Shown here in pieces: positions 1-10,447 of a stretch of DNA of 64,000 nucleotides. A program made the position numbers and the translations under genes. The stretch lies in IMG/VR virus record IMGVR_UViG_3300009157_000002, positions 1 through 64,000 of that record; one strand, 5' to 3'. The stretch's first letter is position 1. Each line of letters begins with the position of its first letter. The notes below the pieces were generated by a model. That model was not told where the DNA came from, ran no database searches, and worked only from the letters and a program-made list of their open reading frames with translations. This DNA comes from a virus.

Positions 1-1
1 T

Positions 2-1198
2 AAGCCGGTATCAACATACATTTATCCGCCAACTACAGGAATAATCAATTATAATCCATCGGACGGAAGGATAGCCGGGCATTTTGAAGGCGTGATTGGC
101 GCTTTAGATTTCGCCGACAACTACGCAAACATACGCCCCGATTACGATTATCTTAAAGCGACACTTGGCGGGCTATTTGATAATTTTGCTCAAAGTCTTG
201 CAGCGGCTACACCGGCTGGATTAACGGTGAGTTTTGGTGCAGGAAATTATTATATAGATGGTCAAAGAATTTATGTGCCTGCTGTTGGCCCTACAGCATT
301 AGTCGCATTTTGTGATAACTATATTGATATTACCGCTAACGGAGCATATATTAATAATTTCGTTCCAAATGGCAACCCAGCACCAGCGATAGTCACAGAC
401 ACGATAAGATTGTACAAACTTGTTACCAATGCTTTTGGCGCAACAAGCACTACGGTATTAGCACAGCTATATCCCTTTGGAACAACTTACTTCCAGGACC
501 AATCAGTAAATGCAAGATTAATTGCAGCCGGGGCCGTTGGGCCTGCACAGCTTGAAGATACATCGGTAATACCAGGATCTTACAATTTCCTATCCGCTAC
601 TATTGATCAGCAAGGACGTGTTACTGCGGCTGAATCCGCAGTGGACTTTACTTCGCTTGCCAATCTGGATTTAATGCAATACAACGCTGTAACAAGTAAA
701 TGGGTCAATATTCCTATTGTTGGAAGTATACTGCCAACCGGAAATATGGGTGACTATTTACGGTTCAATTCTTTTTACCAAGAATGGTATTCTGCTACGA
801 TGAACCTTGCTGAGTGGACTAATGCAGCGATTCCCTATAACGCATATACAGCAATGGGTGGATCCACAGGCTATGTGCTAAGAGGATTACCTTCTGGAGC
901 TATCATTACAGGCTATAAAATTAAGCATGACATCTCCTTTACAGGCGGCACTATTACCGCTGCGGTAATTCAACTTATTGATGCTAACGGCACTGATATT
1001 ACCGCAGGCGGTTTTGATGTGTTCCAGGCACCCGGTAACACAGTAGGAGTATTTAATTGCGCCTTGTCAGGATCAATTATACCACCACAGGCAGGAGCTA
1101 ACGACATTAAAATTCAATTAACGGTAACAGGTGATGTTCTCGCAAATCTCGTTGCTGGCGAGGCAACCGTATGGTATGAATATATCACATTAATTTAA
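2..1198 (+). CDS. Tail/baseplate-fibre structural protein, 5'-truncated by the window edge
   Basis: Frame is open from position 2. Contains the tail-fibre repeat GSYxxxTIDQQGRVTAA; beta-rich. Confidence 0.65.
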   Translation, partial: KPVSTYIYPPTTGIINYNPSDGRIAGHFEGVIGALDFADNYANIRPDYDYLKATLGGLFDNFAQSLAAATPAGLTVSFGAGNYYIDGQRIYVPAVGPTALVAFCDNYIDITANGAYINNFVPNGNPAPAIVTDTIRLYKLVTNAFGATSTTVLAQLYPFGTTYFQDQSVNARLIAAGAVGPAQLEDTSVIPGSYNFLSATIDQQGRVTAAESAVDFTSLANLDLMQYNAVTSKWVNIPIVGSILPTGNMGDYLRFNSFYQEWYSATMNLAEWTNAAIPYNAYTAMGGSTGYVLRGLPSGAIITGYKIKHDISFTGGTITAAVIQLIDANGTDITAGGFDVFQAPGNTVGVFNCALSGSIIPPQAGANDIKIQLTVTGDVLANLVAGEATVWYEYITLI

Positions 1199-1216
1199 AA
1201 GTTAAAACGTATTATA

Positions 1217-2827
1217 ATGGCAAACCCAAAACTACCAAAGGTTAAAGGCGAGGAAATGAACTTCTTTTTAATAAGAAGAAGTGATGTAATTGCGAGAAGA
1301 AATTTAGGATTGTTAACGCCTGGACGTTATAGCATCTACGATGCTGCAATTCCTGTAATTGTTGAAGCTGTTGATGTTGACAAATTGGGGCCAACGGCTG
1401 TAAGCTTGACGGATGCCACAAAACTATATCTGTATAATATTGATACGGACACATTAACGCCTTTTAGTGGAGGTGGTATAAATGGCTCCGGTACAGCGAA
1501 TGTAATAACCACATGGCAGGATGTAGATTCGCTCAAGAACGGAACCTGGGCATTTGAGGGCAATGATATTTATCCATTAATAGATGGAGTTAATATCGGG
1601 ATTGATGGAACTAACCGGGTAGGAACCATTTTTATGAATGGCTCGATAGACTATACAGATAGTTTAATATTTAAGGAGGGAGGCGTAGAGACGGCACGAC
1701 TATTAGCGGGTGGACATTTTGGAATTAACAAAGCAGATCCCGGAGCATCCCTACACGTAGTAGGGGAAGATTCGAGCGTTGATAACTTTACAGCGCAATT
1801 TGATGATTCAAACGGAAATGTATTACTACACCTTAATAACGCAGGACATTTAGGGGTTGGCGTAGAAGGTCAATTATTTGCCAGGGTTTCAATCAAAGGA
1901 GGGTTTGCTTATGATCTTGGCATAACCACCGATGGAACCGCTAACGGGGATGGACTCCTATTTAAAGCGGAGGCAGGCAAGGCGAGAATTTTAGCCAATA
2001 ATAATATTCCTTTAATTATTGAACAGAACACAAGCCAGATCACAAAATTTTATAATGATGGGACTAATACATTTATTGGAATTGGTTTTAACTCTAATAG
2101 TAATCCTTCTGCTTTTTTAGGATCAGATGTTAATAGTATAGGTTACATACAATTAACCGATACAAACGATATTACCAAAGTTCAAATATTACCAGCGTCG
2201 GGAGAGGCTACATATTTTACAGGCCAGAGCTTTTTCGGGATTGGGCTTGCTAATCCGATTGCTCAATTTCATGTAAAAGGTAGCGGAGACACCCTCGCTA
2301 CATACACAGGTAGATTTCAAAACTCTAACGGTGATTATTCTTTAGTAGTACGAAACGATTTAGCTGTTGCTGTTGGCATAGCATCATTTGCATTAGAAGA
2401 TTTGGGGCTGGCCGCATTAACAGTCGCCAATCGAGCAAATTTTCCTCAAATTTTCAGGCTTTGGAGCCAGGGGTTAGCAACCCAAATGTATGTAAACAAT
2501 GACGGGTTTACATTTCACGGCACTTCCAATCCAGATCCTAATGCCCTGTCGATGCAGTTTACAGACAATTCTAACAACGCAAATTTTAGGCAGCAGGTAT
2601 CAGGAGAAACTGGCTTTGGATGGGGAATTCCAACTGGAGAATACTTCTCCATAATAAACAAGGCAAATCAATCAGTAGTCTTTTCTGTTTACCCCAATGC
2701 TGGAATCGCTTCATTATTTAATATCCAAGATAATGGAAGAATAAACATGTCGTCGCTTCCCACAAGTGCTGCTGGTCTTACGGCTGGTCATATTTGGAAT
2801 AATTCAGGAGTACTAAATATAATTTAA
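1217..2827 (+). CDS. Tail fibre / receptor-binding protein 1
   Basis: Repeated GIGxxxPxxxLHV-like segments (FGINKADPGASLHV, FGIGLANPIAQFHV); C-terminal LPTSAAGLTAGHIWNNSGVLNI typical of Bacteroidota phage fibres. Confidence 0.7.
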   Translation: MANPKLPKVKGEEMNFFLIRRSDVIARRNLGLLTPGRYSIYDAAIPVIVEAVDVDKLGPTAVSLTDATKLYLYNIDTDTLTPFSGGGINGSGTANVITTWQDVDSLKNGTWAFEGNDIYPLIDGVNIGIDGTNRVGTIFMNGSIDYTDSLIFKEGGVETARLLAGGHFGINKADPGASLHVVGEDSSVDNFTAQFDDSNGNVLLHLNNAGHLGVGVEGQLFARVSIKGGFAYDLGITTDGTANGDGLLFKAEAGKARILANNNIPLIIEQNTSQITKFYNDGTNTFIGIGFNSNSNPSAFLGSDVNSIGYIQLTDTNDITKVQILPASGEATYFTGQSFFGIGLANPIAQFHVKGSGDTLATYTGRFQNSNGDYSLVVRNDLAVAVGIASFALEDLGLAALTVANRANFPQIFRLWSQGLATQMYVNNDGFTFHGTSNPDPNALSMQFTDNSNNANFRQQVSGETGFGWGIPTGEYFSIINKANQSVVFSVYPNAGIASLFNIQDNGRINMSSLPTSAAGLTAGHIWNNSGVLNII

Positions 2828-2847
2828 ACATTTAAAAAAATAAAAAA

Positions 2848-3165
2848 ATGGCTTTTTCAGATTCATATATTCTGGCAAACAATCCAATTTTTAAAGAAAA
2901 AGTGATTGTTGCAATAGCTAAGGTAGCTATTCAGGTTGGCGGCGAGGTGGTAGAGGTAGTGGGTGGTGTACCTCGATTAATAAAACATGAAAAAAGGGCA
3001 AGACTAAGTGTTAAAGTACTTGGCGATCCCAATTTAATGCTTATGCCTTTCTCCTATGCAATTGTATCAGGAGGGATATTAACAGCAGCAAGCTCGGATG
3101 CTGACATTGAATTTACTGTAATCTCTGTCTTTGATGATATTGCAGGGGTGATTATTACAGATTAA
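2848..3165 (+). CDS. Small tail-fibre-associated protein
   Basis: Directly downstream of a fibre gene; AT-rich leader. Confidence 0.5.
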   Translation: MAFSDSYILANNPIFKEKVIVAIAKVAIQVGGEVVEVVGGVPRLIKHEKRARLSVKVLGDPNLMLMPFSYAIVSGGILTAASSDADIEFTVISVFDDIAGVIITD

Positions 3166-3210
3166 CCATACATAAACACTAAATAAATTTTAAACACTAA
3201 ATAGGTATTT

Positions 3211-3546
3211 ATGAAGCTTACAACAATTGATATGGGTATAGCCGAAAGGCTTACCCTTGGGCAGATTTGTCCTGCAACGGATGGAATTGACAGGTTAATT
3301 TTAAGAAAAGAAATTCTTGAAAAAACAGCAATCTCCGGATCAGAAGCGGAACTGATCGGGTTAAAAAGTGAAATGAAAGAAAAGGGAGGTTCAACATTAC
3401 AATGGAATTTGGAAAAGGCGGTAGATAAACCCATCCAATTTTCTGATGGAGAAATGACCTATATAAAAAGTGTGTTTCAAAAACTGAATGAAAAAAAGGA
3501 ATTGCATGCCAGTCAGGTAGATCTTTACCAAAAGTTTTGTAAATAA
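3211..3546 (+). CDS. Putative tail-fibre assembly chaperone
   Basis: Small charged helical protein following a fibre gene. Confidence 0.45.
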   Translation: MKLTTIDMGIAERLTLGQICPATDGIDRLILRKEILEKTAISGSEAELIGLKSEMKEKGGSTLQWNLEKAVDKPIQFSDGEMTYIKSVFQKLNEKKELHASQVDLYQKFCK

Positions 3547-3564
3547 AATAAGCTATTATAAATA

Positions 3565-5277
3565 ATGGCCTTTTTAACCGATGCACAAGTATTACACATT
3601 TATAATACCGCTTCCGCCAGACTAGGCGAACGCTATTATGATACGCATGGTAATATATATGCCGGTACTGCCGAAGGTTTATTGATTTTTATTAAAAAAG
3701 GAGAGATCAGTCCATTTACATTAGTAAATACCCAGTTCCTTGTTTTAAATCCAAGCCTTGCCGCTCCAATGGCAAAAAGCATAGAAGATTCACTGGATAT
3801 TACTATTAATAATCCCGGCCAAGGTAGTGATGTTACTTTTCTGTTAACACCTACCGGTGTTACTGCTGGGCAATACGGAAGCGCAAGCACTATACCACAG
3901 ATCACCGTTGATATAAAGGGACGTATTACAAATGTAAACGAAATCCCTTTTCCTGCAACCGGACTTGCTGATCCTGGGTCCAACGGTATTGTTATAAGAT
4001 ATGGATTAAATGTAACCATCGCCAGATCTATCTCAGGCACCGCAGGCAGAATAGATGTGACTAACGGATCTGGAGTGTCAGGAAATCCTACTATAGACCT
4101 TGCAGAAACATTGGTAAGCGCGGGAAACTACGGTTCTGCAACACAAACCGGAACCTTTACCGTAGATGCCTATGGGCGATTAACGGCAGCAAACAATGTA
4201 ACAATAACACCTGTAGCCTCAAATATAACAGGGGCACAAAATGTAATCGCTGGAAGTACAAAGATAGCTCTTGGTGGCACTCCAACAGGCGCAGCATTAC
4301 AAAGCTTTTCTATTGATGTAACCGAAGCAAATCTAAGCTTGAATAATATAGGCGGAATTCTTGGTTTGTCTAAGGGCGGGCTTAATGCTGCATTAATAGC
4401 ATCTGCCGGAGGTATATTTTATTCTTCTGCTACAGCAGCGGCTATACTTCCAGCAATAGCAGCGGGAAGCGTTCTAATTTCCGGGTCAACTCCCACTTGG
4501 TCTACGACCTTACCTTCTGCCGTAGATGCGCTTTATCTTTTAGCAAGCGGTGGAAGAATGTTAACAGGGAATTGGGCGGCTGGTAATTTTTCGATTACGG
4601 CAAACTCTGTGATTTTAGGAAGTGCCGCAAATACTATTGCGGGTGGAGATACATCGGGTGGCAATCTGAGGTTATTCTCTACTACTCACTCTATAAAAAG
4701 TAAAATATTATTTGGAACTTCTGGCTATGATGAAAATCAAGATTTTCTTGGAATTGGTACTCAAAATCCATCTTATCAAGTCCATTTGCAAAAAACAACA
4801 AACGGCCAAATATATTTTATTAGCGAAAACAAAAGCACTGGGACAAGTTCAATAGCATCAATAGGATCTATAAATAGCTCAGGAAAGGTTGCCCTCTTAT
4901 GTATAACTGGGGGAAGCCATACTTCTGGCTCTGCTCTTTATCAGACTCCAAACAGGGCTTGGCTTGAGTGTAATGGATCAGGAGGATTGCTCATTACTTG
5001 TGATGTGGCGGCTCCTTTAATTATAGCCATAGGAGGTATTGGCGCAGCCAACGAAGCATTTAGGTGGGACACAAGCGGGAACATGGTTCCTTTTGATGGT
5101 AAAAATATTATTGCAGGAACAACCACAGGGATAAAATTTGGAACAGCCACAGGTCAAAAAATTGGGTTTTGGAACGCTACACCGGTTGCACAACAGGTAT
5201 TAGCAACAGGAGCTGGAGCAACATCTGATAATATAATTACTCTTTTGCAAACACTAGGACTTTGTAAACAGTCATAA
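3565..5277 (+). CDS. Tail fibre / receptor-binding protein 2
   Basis: Two GxYG...TVDxxGR fibre repeats, a GIGTQNPSYQVH segment and G/T/S/A-rich composition. Confidence 0.7.
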   Translation: MAFLTDAQVLHIYNTASARLGERYYDTHGNIYAGTAEGLLIFIKKGEISPFTLVNTQFLVLNPSLAAPMAKSIEDSLDITINNPGQGSDVTFLLTPTGVTAGQYGSASTIPQITVDIKGRITNVNEIPFPATGLADPGSNGIVIRYGLNVTIARSISGTAGRIDVTNGSGVSGNPTIDLAETLVSAGNYGSATQTGTFTVDAYGRLTAANNVTITPVASNITGAQNVIAGSTKIALGGTPTGAALQSFSIDVTEANLSLNNIGGILGLSKGGLNAALIASAGGIFYSSATAAAILPAIAAGSVLISGSTPTWSTTLPSAVDALYLLASGGRMLTGNWAAGNFSITANSVILGSAANTIAGGDTSGGNLRLFSTTHSIKSKILFGTSGYDENQDFLGIGTQNPSYQVHLQKTTNGQIYFISENKSTGTSSIASIGSINSSGKVALLCITGGSHTSGSALYQTPNRAWLECNGSGGLLITCDVAAPLIIAIGGIGAANEAFRWDTSGNMVPFDGKNIIAGTTTGIKFGTATGQKIGFWNATPVAQQVLATGAGATSDNIITLLQTLGLCKQS

Positions 5278-5280
5278 AAA

Positions 5281-5652
5281 ATGGCACTACAGATAACAGG
5301 ACAATTAACAGGAAATGACGGAGTACCCTATAAGGACACGGTAAACTATGCTCGTCTTTACGTGGAGCCCAAGGATGATAATACATTAATCGTATTAGTA
5401 AGAATTTTTAGAAATAAACAATCATTCACAAGCGGAGGTAATCATATTGGATTTGTTAATGAAGTAGATAAGCGATATAAAATTGATGCTGTAACAATAT
5501 CAAGCCTTCCAACGAGCAACGCAAATATAAATGCCATGCTCGGAAAAAATGTATATGATAAACTTAGCTATTGGATCAATCAACAAATAATGGCTCAGAT
5601 TATAGTGGACAATCCAACTTTTTTAATTGAAATTAAAGATGTAAATATATGA
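5281..5652 (+). CDS. Small tail-fibre-associated protein
   Basis: Position after fibre 2 mirrors 2848..3165. Confidence 0.5.
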   Translation: MALQITGQLTGNDGVPYKDTVNYARLYVEPKDDNTLIVLVRIFRNKQSFTSGGNHIGFVNEVDKRYKIDAVTISSLPTSNANINAMLGKNVYDKLSYWINQQIMAQIIVDNPTFLIEIKDVNI

Positions 5653-5945
5653 TACTAAATTTTAATTTCCAGATCCTAACCCTTGATGGAATTGAAGGAG
5701 GTGTTGCCTCTAAAAGTCTTGCGCATCATATCGCATTAGCTACGCAATGCCAGGAACCGTTAAAGTTTTATGGCTGGGCGAAAAAACTACACGACAACGG
5801 AATATTGGATCTTGATAATTCAGACGTAGACAAATTAAAATTATTTATTGAGACTTGTCCGGGAATGAATGTATTGGGTAAAGGAACTTTTTTAGGAGCC
5901 ATACGTGAAGCAGAGCTACATTCACTAAAAGAAAAAAATGAATAA
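5649..5945 (+). CDS. Putative tail-fibre chaperone
   Basis: ATGA overlap with the upstream gene; position mirrors 3211..3546. Confidence 0.45.
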   Translation: MILNFNFQILTLDGIEGGVASKSLAHHIALATQCQEPLKFYGWAKKLHDNGILDLDNSDVDKLKLFIETCPGMNVLGKGTFLGAIREAELHSLKEKNE

Positions 5946-5980
5946 CTAACTCTTTAATTTAAACTTTAAATTTTACTATT

Positions 5981-6166
5981 ATGAGCTTATTAACTATAAT
6001 TCTTACCATAGTTGTTATTGGGGTTTTACTATACCTGATCAATGTTTACATACCAATGGACGGAAAAATTAAAAAAATTCTGAACATCGTTATTGTTGTT
6101 GCTGTAACAATATGGCTTTTAAAAGCTATCGGAGCACTTACTTATTTGGGCAATGTTCGAATATGA
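5981..6166 (+). CDS. Small two-TM membrane protein (Thivi_2564-like)
   Basis: Two hydrophobic helices separated by PMDGKIKKILN. Confidence 0.6.
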   Translation: MSLLTIILTIVVIGVLLYLINVYIPMDGKIKKILNIVIVVAVTIWLLKAIGALTYLGNVRI

Positions 6167-6567
6167 TGGACGAAAAAGACTGGAATATAAACACGTTGAT
6201 GAAATTTCTTGATGAAAGAGATAAGAGGTATGAGCAACGATTTGTTGCACAACAAGAGGCTACTCATGCGGCGCTTATCGCGGCAGAAAAAGCCGTTACA
6301 AAAGCGGAAACAGCAGCCGAAAAAAGATTAGATTCAGTGAATGAATTCAGGGGCCAATTAAGGGATCAGGCAGCTACATTTATACCCAGATCAGAGGTAC
6401 AAATAATGATTAATAACCTAACGACTAAAATCAATGACCTGGAAGCTTTTCAGGATAAAAATATTGGTTCCTCCCTGCAACACTCAAGGACGCAAATGCA
6501 AAATAATTGGTTTATTGGTACAATAATCGGGATTATTGGTTTGGCATTGGCATACTATTTAAAGTAA
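6163..6567 (+). CDS. Coiled-coil protein with C-terminal TM helix (holin-like/lysis-associated)
   Basis: Likely start at the ATGA overlap at 6163; Ala/Glu coiled coil; C-terminal hydrophobic helix. Confidence 0.5.
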   Translation: MMDEKDWNINTLMKFLDERDKRYEQRFVAQQEATHAALIAAEKAVTKAETAAEKRLDSVNEFRGQLRDQAATFIPRSEVQIMINNLTTKINDLEAFQDKNIGSSLQHSRTQMQNNWFIGTIIGIIGLALAYYLK

Positions 6568-6711
6568 TTACATTCTACATTAAACCAAACGGTTAACAAT
6601 TTTTTTTCTGAAAAATTTGGAAATACTATTTTTTTGTGGTTGATTTGCCCGTATAATTTTTTCATTACCCAATTATTATTTTTCTAACTATCAAAAAAAT
6701 TAAAAAAACAC

Positions 6712-7650
6712 ATGAAACAAAAAAGTATGCACAGTTTAATTGTCGCTAGTACCCTTGCGGCAATGGTAGTGGTTACCTCTTGTAGAAAAGAGGATTTAAC
6801 TAAAGCAATGGATTTATCTACGGAATTAGGAACCGAACGGGGCCAGATCGCAGATCGCAAAATTGTATTTAAAACAATAGCAGATTACAGAAATCTAATT
6901 GACTCTAAGGACCCTAAATTAAAAAAAGCGTTTATTAAAAACGCAAACGCAGCTTCGTTATTCAAAACGTATGGATCAGCGAAAAACGGAAATGTACTTG
7001 ACGATGATTTAGTTCGTTGTTTTCTTGACAAAGACTCCTGTGTACAGATTGGAGAATGGGTCATAAAACTAAGTACAGGAACAGAAAGTGTTTATGTAGT
7101 TAATAAATCAAAAAAGAATTCTATTGGTGATTTATTAAAGCGCAACACCAACAACCAAGATGTTTTAAAGTACAGCTTTAACGATGATGTACTTGATCTT
7201 CTTGAGTCTGGTACTGCTCCTAGTAGGGCTTGCAACGAAACATCTCGTTCAACCTATCAACAAACATGGTGGCACTATTTTAATAACCAAGTAAATAAGT
7301 TTGTAATTGATGAAGTTAACTATAACGGAGGTGTTGTATTTTTTATGGAATATAGAGCCAAGCCCGAAATTTATTCAGGTGGAACATGGTCTGCGTATCA
7401 CAATACTAACTTTAGATACCGTTTGGAAGAAGGGTATAATGATCGCAAATTACGTTGTGCAGAATGGGAGCAAACGTATGAGGCCGGTACCGTAGAAAGT
7501 TGCGGAGGAGATTTTATAAGAAGACCTTACTATCGTTCAAGAGGACTTCATAAATATCACTTAAAGACTAGATGGTCTGCAAGCACCGACAACGGAGCTA
7601 CGTTTGAACCACCAAGTATAAATTTCATCATCCAAGCTAATTATCCTTAA
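6712..7650 (+). CDS. Surface lipoprotein (moron)
   Basis: Signal peptide II ending VVVTS-C followed by RKED, resembling the Bacteroidota lipoprotein export signal; own T-rich upstream intergenic region. Confidence 0.65.
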   Translation: MKQKSMHSLIVASTLAAMVVVTSCRKEDLTKAMDLSTELGTERGQIADRKIVFKTIADYRNLIDSKDPKLKKAFIKNANAASLFKTYGSAKNGNVLDDDLVRCFLDKDSCVQIGEWVIKLSTGTESVYVVNKSKKNSIGDLLKRNTNNQDVLKYSFNDDVLDLLESGTAPSRACNETSRSTYQQTWWHYFNNQVNKFVIDEVNYNGGVVFFMEYRAKPEIYSGGTWSAYHNTNFRYRLEEGYNDRKLRCAEWEQTYEAGTVESCGGDFIRRPYYRSRGLHKYHLKTRWSASTDNGATFEPPSINFIIQANYP

Positions 7651-7659
7651 TCTATTAAC

Positions 7660-9126
7660 ATGGCAAAACGGATGTTATTTTTTATAGTGCTCTTACCTTT
7701 AGGATTGATCGCGCAAACACGCATATCATTTCAAACAGGGTTAAGCAGTAGTTACAACTTGCAAGCCCAGCAGGGTTATGAAGTAACTGAATATAAAAAG
7801 AAACCTTTTACCAGTTACAGATTAACGGTTAGTAAAACAAGTAAGCAAAAATCGAACTCGGTGTTAAATACCGAGTTCGGTTTTTCTTTTTCAAGGGACG
7901 GCTACAGGGAGAATATATCTTATAGGGAAAACTTATTAGGAACGTGGAGTATTTTTGATATTAATACTGTTTCTAGTTATTACTTTTTGGAAGGACAAGG
8001 TGGGGTAAGAGTTAATTTTAAGGCACTACAAAAACGATTTTCAGCCTTAGTGTTTTTTACTCCAAGTTTTTTAATCGTGAATAAAATAACCACAAAAACA
8101 ATTAACCAGGATGGAATAAGTTTATTAAGTAAGATAACTTATTCGTTTTCCAGAAATCATTTTGGTCCGGGCTCAAACAATCAGGCAATAAATCTTTCTG
8201 GCGGGGTTACTATTGCCGCTCCGATAAAACTTACGGATAACTATACATTAAATATTGGTCCTCAATTCAGGACTTACTTTTTTAAAACGAACAAAGCAGC
8301 CGTGCCTTTTAATCGACAACTATATTCTATCGGACTAAATTTTGATTTACAGCATATTTCAAAGAATACTATTGAGCAAAGGCAAGCGGAGCCAAAAGAT
8401 ACGATTAAGCTAAAGAGTTTATTTTACAGAAACCATATTTCCATAGAAGCTGGGTACCTTTTTAAGCACACTAATTTTAAAACAATTTTAGTAGGCAGCG
8501 GAACGATTGCTCATTCATTTTCAAGTGGGTGGTTGTTTGGCGGGAACTACTTTTTTAACTTTCCAGATCGTTTCTCGTTATCCCTGGGATTAAATTATAC
8601 GGTACAACATTACATTATAAAATATGTGTTTTTCCCTTATAATGGACATGGCGCTGCCACCTCCAACGGGCAATTTTCAACACTTCAAATCCCTTTACGC
8701 GCGATACTGCGATTAAAGACCGGAGAGAAAACCTATATAACTCCCTTTGTAGGGATTAGAGGTGTTTATAATTTTACGAACATCGACACTCTAAATCATT
8801 ATGTTTCTGGTGCAGACAGTACCAATATCTATTATAATTTATGGGGTCCGGGCTGGCACAAAACCTTTAATCATGTTACAACATTTAAGGAAGTGATTAA
8901 CCCCGAACTAGGACTAGGAGTAAATTATGTATTAAGCAACAGGAATATAGTTAACCTGAATATACGTTGCACGTATGAGCGTAATCGTGTTAAAGGCACG
9001 TTTTCTTTTTATGAAAAGGCAACCAAAGGAAGCGGCTCCTTTTATGAACGTGGGTATTATTTTTCGTTAGATGTGAACTATATTTTTTCAAGAAGCAAAA
9101 ATCAATTGGTGGGTGCGCGTAGATAG
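7660..9126 (+). CDS. Outer-membrane beta-barrel protein, probably two tandem barrels (moron)
   Basis: Signal peptide I; alternating aromatic beta-strands; two barrel-terminal motifs (YSIGLNFDL, YFSLDVNYIF). Confidence 0.65.
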   Translation: MAKRMLFFIVLLPLGLIAQTRISFQTGLSSSYNLQAQQGYEVTEYKKKPFTSYRLTVSKTSKQKSNSVLNTEFGFSFSRDGYRENISYRENLLGTWSIFDINTVSSYYFLEGQGGVRVNFKALQKRFSALVFFTPSFLIVNKITTKTINQDGISLLSKITYSFSRNHFGPGSNNQAINLSGGVTIAAPIKLTDNYTLNIGPQFRTYFFKTNKAAVPFNRQLYSIGLNFDLQHISKNTIEQRQAEPKDTIKLKSLFYRNHISIEAGYLFKHTNFKTILVGSGTIAHSFSSGWLFGGNYFFNFPDRFSLSLGLNYTVQHYIIKYVFFPYNGHGAATSNGQFSTLQIPLRAILRLKTGEKTYITPFVGIRGVYNFTNIDTLNHYVSGADSTNIYYNLWGPGWHKTFNHVTTFKEVINPELGLGVNYVLSNRNIVNLNIRCTYERNRVKGTFSFYEKATKGSGSFYERGYYFSLDVNYIFSRSKNQLVGARR

Positions 9127-9149
9127 ATAGATGGTAGCGGCTCCTGTCG

Positions 9150-9422
9150 TTACCATCTTCTATATCCATTTTTCATACGGATAAATATTTTTTTAAGCCA
9201 TATAAAAGCCAATACTGCCAGTAGTATAACTATGGAGACTAAAATCCAATCTCCATAAGCCTTCCATAGCATTGCCAGCATAAAACCGATAATTAAGCCT
9301 GTTCCTGGTTGCCTATATAAGAGCCAGGGAATAAAATCATATCCGCCTGTAAAATCATGGTCAACATAAACCGATTTGTCTATTTCGTGTTGCGACCGTC
9401 TTTTAAATAACTTTAAATTCAT
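9150..9422 (-). CDS. Small two-TM membrane protein
   Basis: Two hydrophobic segments and a basic C-terminus. Confidence 0.5.
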   Translation of the reverse strand: MNLKLFKRRSQHEIDKSVYVDHDFTGGYDFIPWLLYRQPGTGLIIGFMLAMLWKAYGDWILVSIVILLAVLAFIWLKKIFIRMKNGYRRW

Positions 9423-9460
9423 TGTTTTAGCTTTATTTATAATTTAAAATACGCACCAAA

Positions 9461-9511
9461 GCGCGCGTTTTATATAGCGTTTTAATTGTTATGGGTTCAA
9501 TGTTCCTTTGT
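9461..9511 (+). promoter_or_regulatory. Putative late-promoter motif, copy 1
   Basis: GCGCGC..TTTATATAGCGTTTTAA-N14-ATGTTCCTTTGT, repeated with identical N14 spacing at 52017-52065. Confidence 0.6.
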
Positions 9512-9553
9512 GAACCATCCATGAATTTTTAAACAATTTAAAACATATATAAA

Positions 9554-9874
9554 ATGATCGAAGTAAAAATTACCAACGAACAGAAAGTACTTGCCACGCT
9601 TGCACCAAAATCAGCCGCAGGTAAGCCAGCTAAAATTGATGGCGTTCCTACCTGGGAAGTTACATTAGGTGATGCAACTATAGAAGTAGTAGCAGGCGGT
9701 CTTTCCGCTTGGTTAATTAGTGGTGACGCTGCCGCTGAAAGCAAAATCCTTGTTAGCGCGGATGCTGACTTAGGTACAGGTGTTGAAAACATTACACAAG
9801 AAATATCTCTTGATGTATCGCTTTCTAAAACCACCGATCTCGGACTTACATTAGCTGCTCCCGTTGCCAAGTAG
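9554..9874 (+). CDS. Ig-like beta-sandwich virion protein
   Basis: All-beta, V/A/T/G-rich; downstream of the late-promoter motif. Confidence 0.5.
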   Translation: MIEVKITNEQKVLATLAPKSAAGKPAKIDGVPTWEVTLGDATIEVVAGGLSAWLISGDAAAESKILVSADADLGTGVENITQEISLDVSLSKTTDLGLTLAAPVAK

Positions 9875-10208
9875 TCCTACTCTTAGAATAACGGCAGTCT
9901 TTGAAAGGGCTGCCGTTTATAATGTTTGGAGAATAGATACATATCCTGGAGAAGTGTTTAAGCTTCAGTTGGATCATTTTCCCGTTCCAGTAGATTGGTT
10001 TGCAAACCATGATTCTGTTTTAGAGATTAAAGAATCTCCTGATTCGAGCTTTATAACTGTTAAAGCTTTGGAAGTAGGAGAAAGTTATATTATTGTTCAA
10101 GGAGCAGGTGGTGCATCCAATAAAATTTTTATCGTTGTATTAGAAGATAAAAAGGAAGATAAAGCCAAAACCCTTGATGTTACCTTCGGGAAACCTATAC
10201 CGAAATAA
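9864..10208 (+). CDS. Ig-like protein, possible paralog of 9554
   Basis: TTG start overlapping the upstream gene; ITVKALEVGESYIIV strand pattern; similar C-terminus. Confidence 0.45.
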   Translation: MPSSPTLRITAVFERAAVYNVWRIDTYPGEVFKLQLDHFPVPVDWFANHDSVLEIKESPDSSFITVKALEVGESYIIVQGAGGASNKIFIVVLEDKKEDKAKTLDVTFGKPIPK

Positions 10209-10221
10209 CGCACCCTTTGTT

Positions 10222-10446
10222 TTATTTAAACAATTCGCTCTGTGGGAACAAATTGTTTTTGCTATATAAAACAACCAGTGTTTTATTAACCTGATCACAC
10301 CATACCTTATATGGGTGCATTGCTCTTTGCCCATAAGGATAAGCGTCTCTTAATTTTTTACGCATGGTTTTTTCATCGCAACCTTTATTTTCTTTTATCA
10401 CTTGCAGGATTACTTTTTTTGCATGATCTCTCCAGGTATGTCTCAT
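10222..10446 (-). CDS. Hypothetical phage protein
   Basis: Last gene of the leftward operon; AYPYGQRAMHPYKVW motif. Confidence 0.55.
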   Translation of the reverse strand: MRHTWRDHAKKVILQVIKENKGCDEKTMRKKLRDAYPYGQRAMHPYKVWCDQVNKTLVVLYSKNNLFPQSELFK

Positions 10447-10447
10447 T

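Noticed and set aside
1217-5277. Iron-binding HxH motifs in the tail fibres
   Set aside because: No HxH motifs are seen in either fibre.
9855-9874. Programmed frameshift fusing the two Ig-like ORFs
   Set aside because: No convincing slippery site; a coupled TTG start is simpler.
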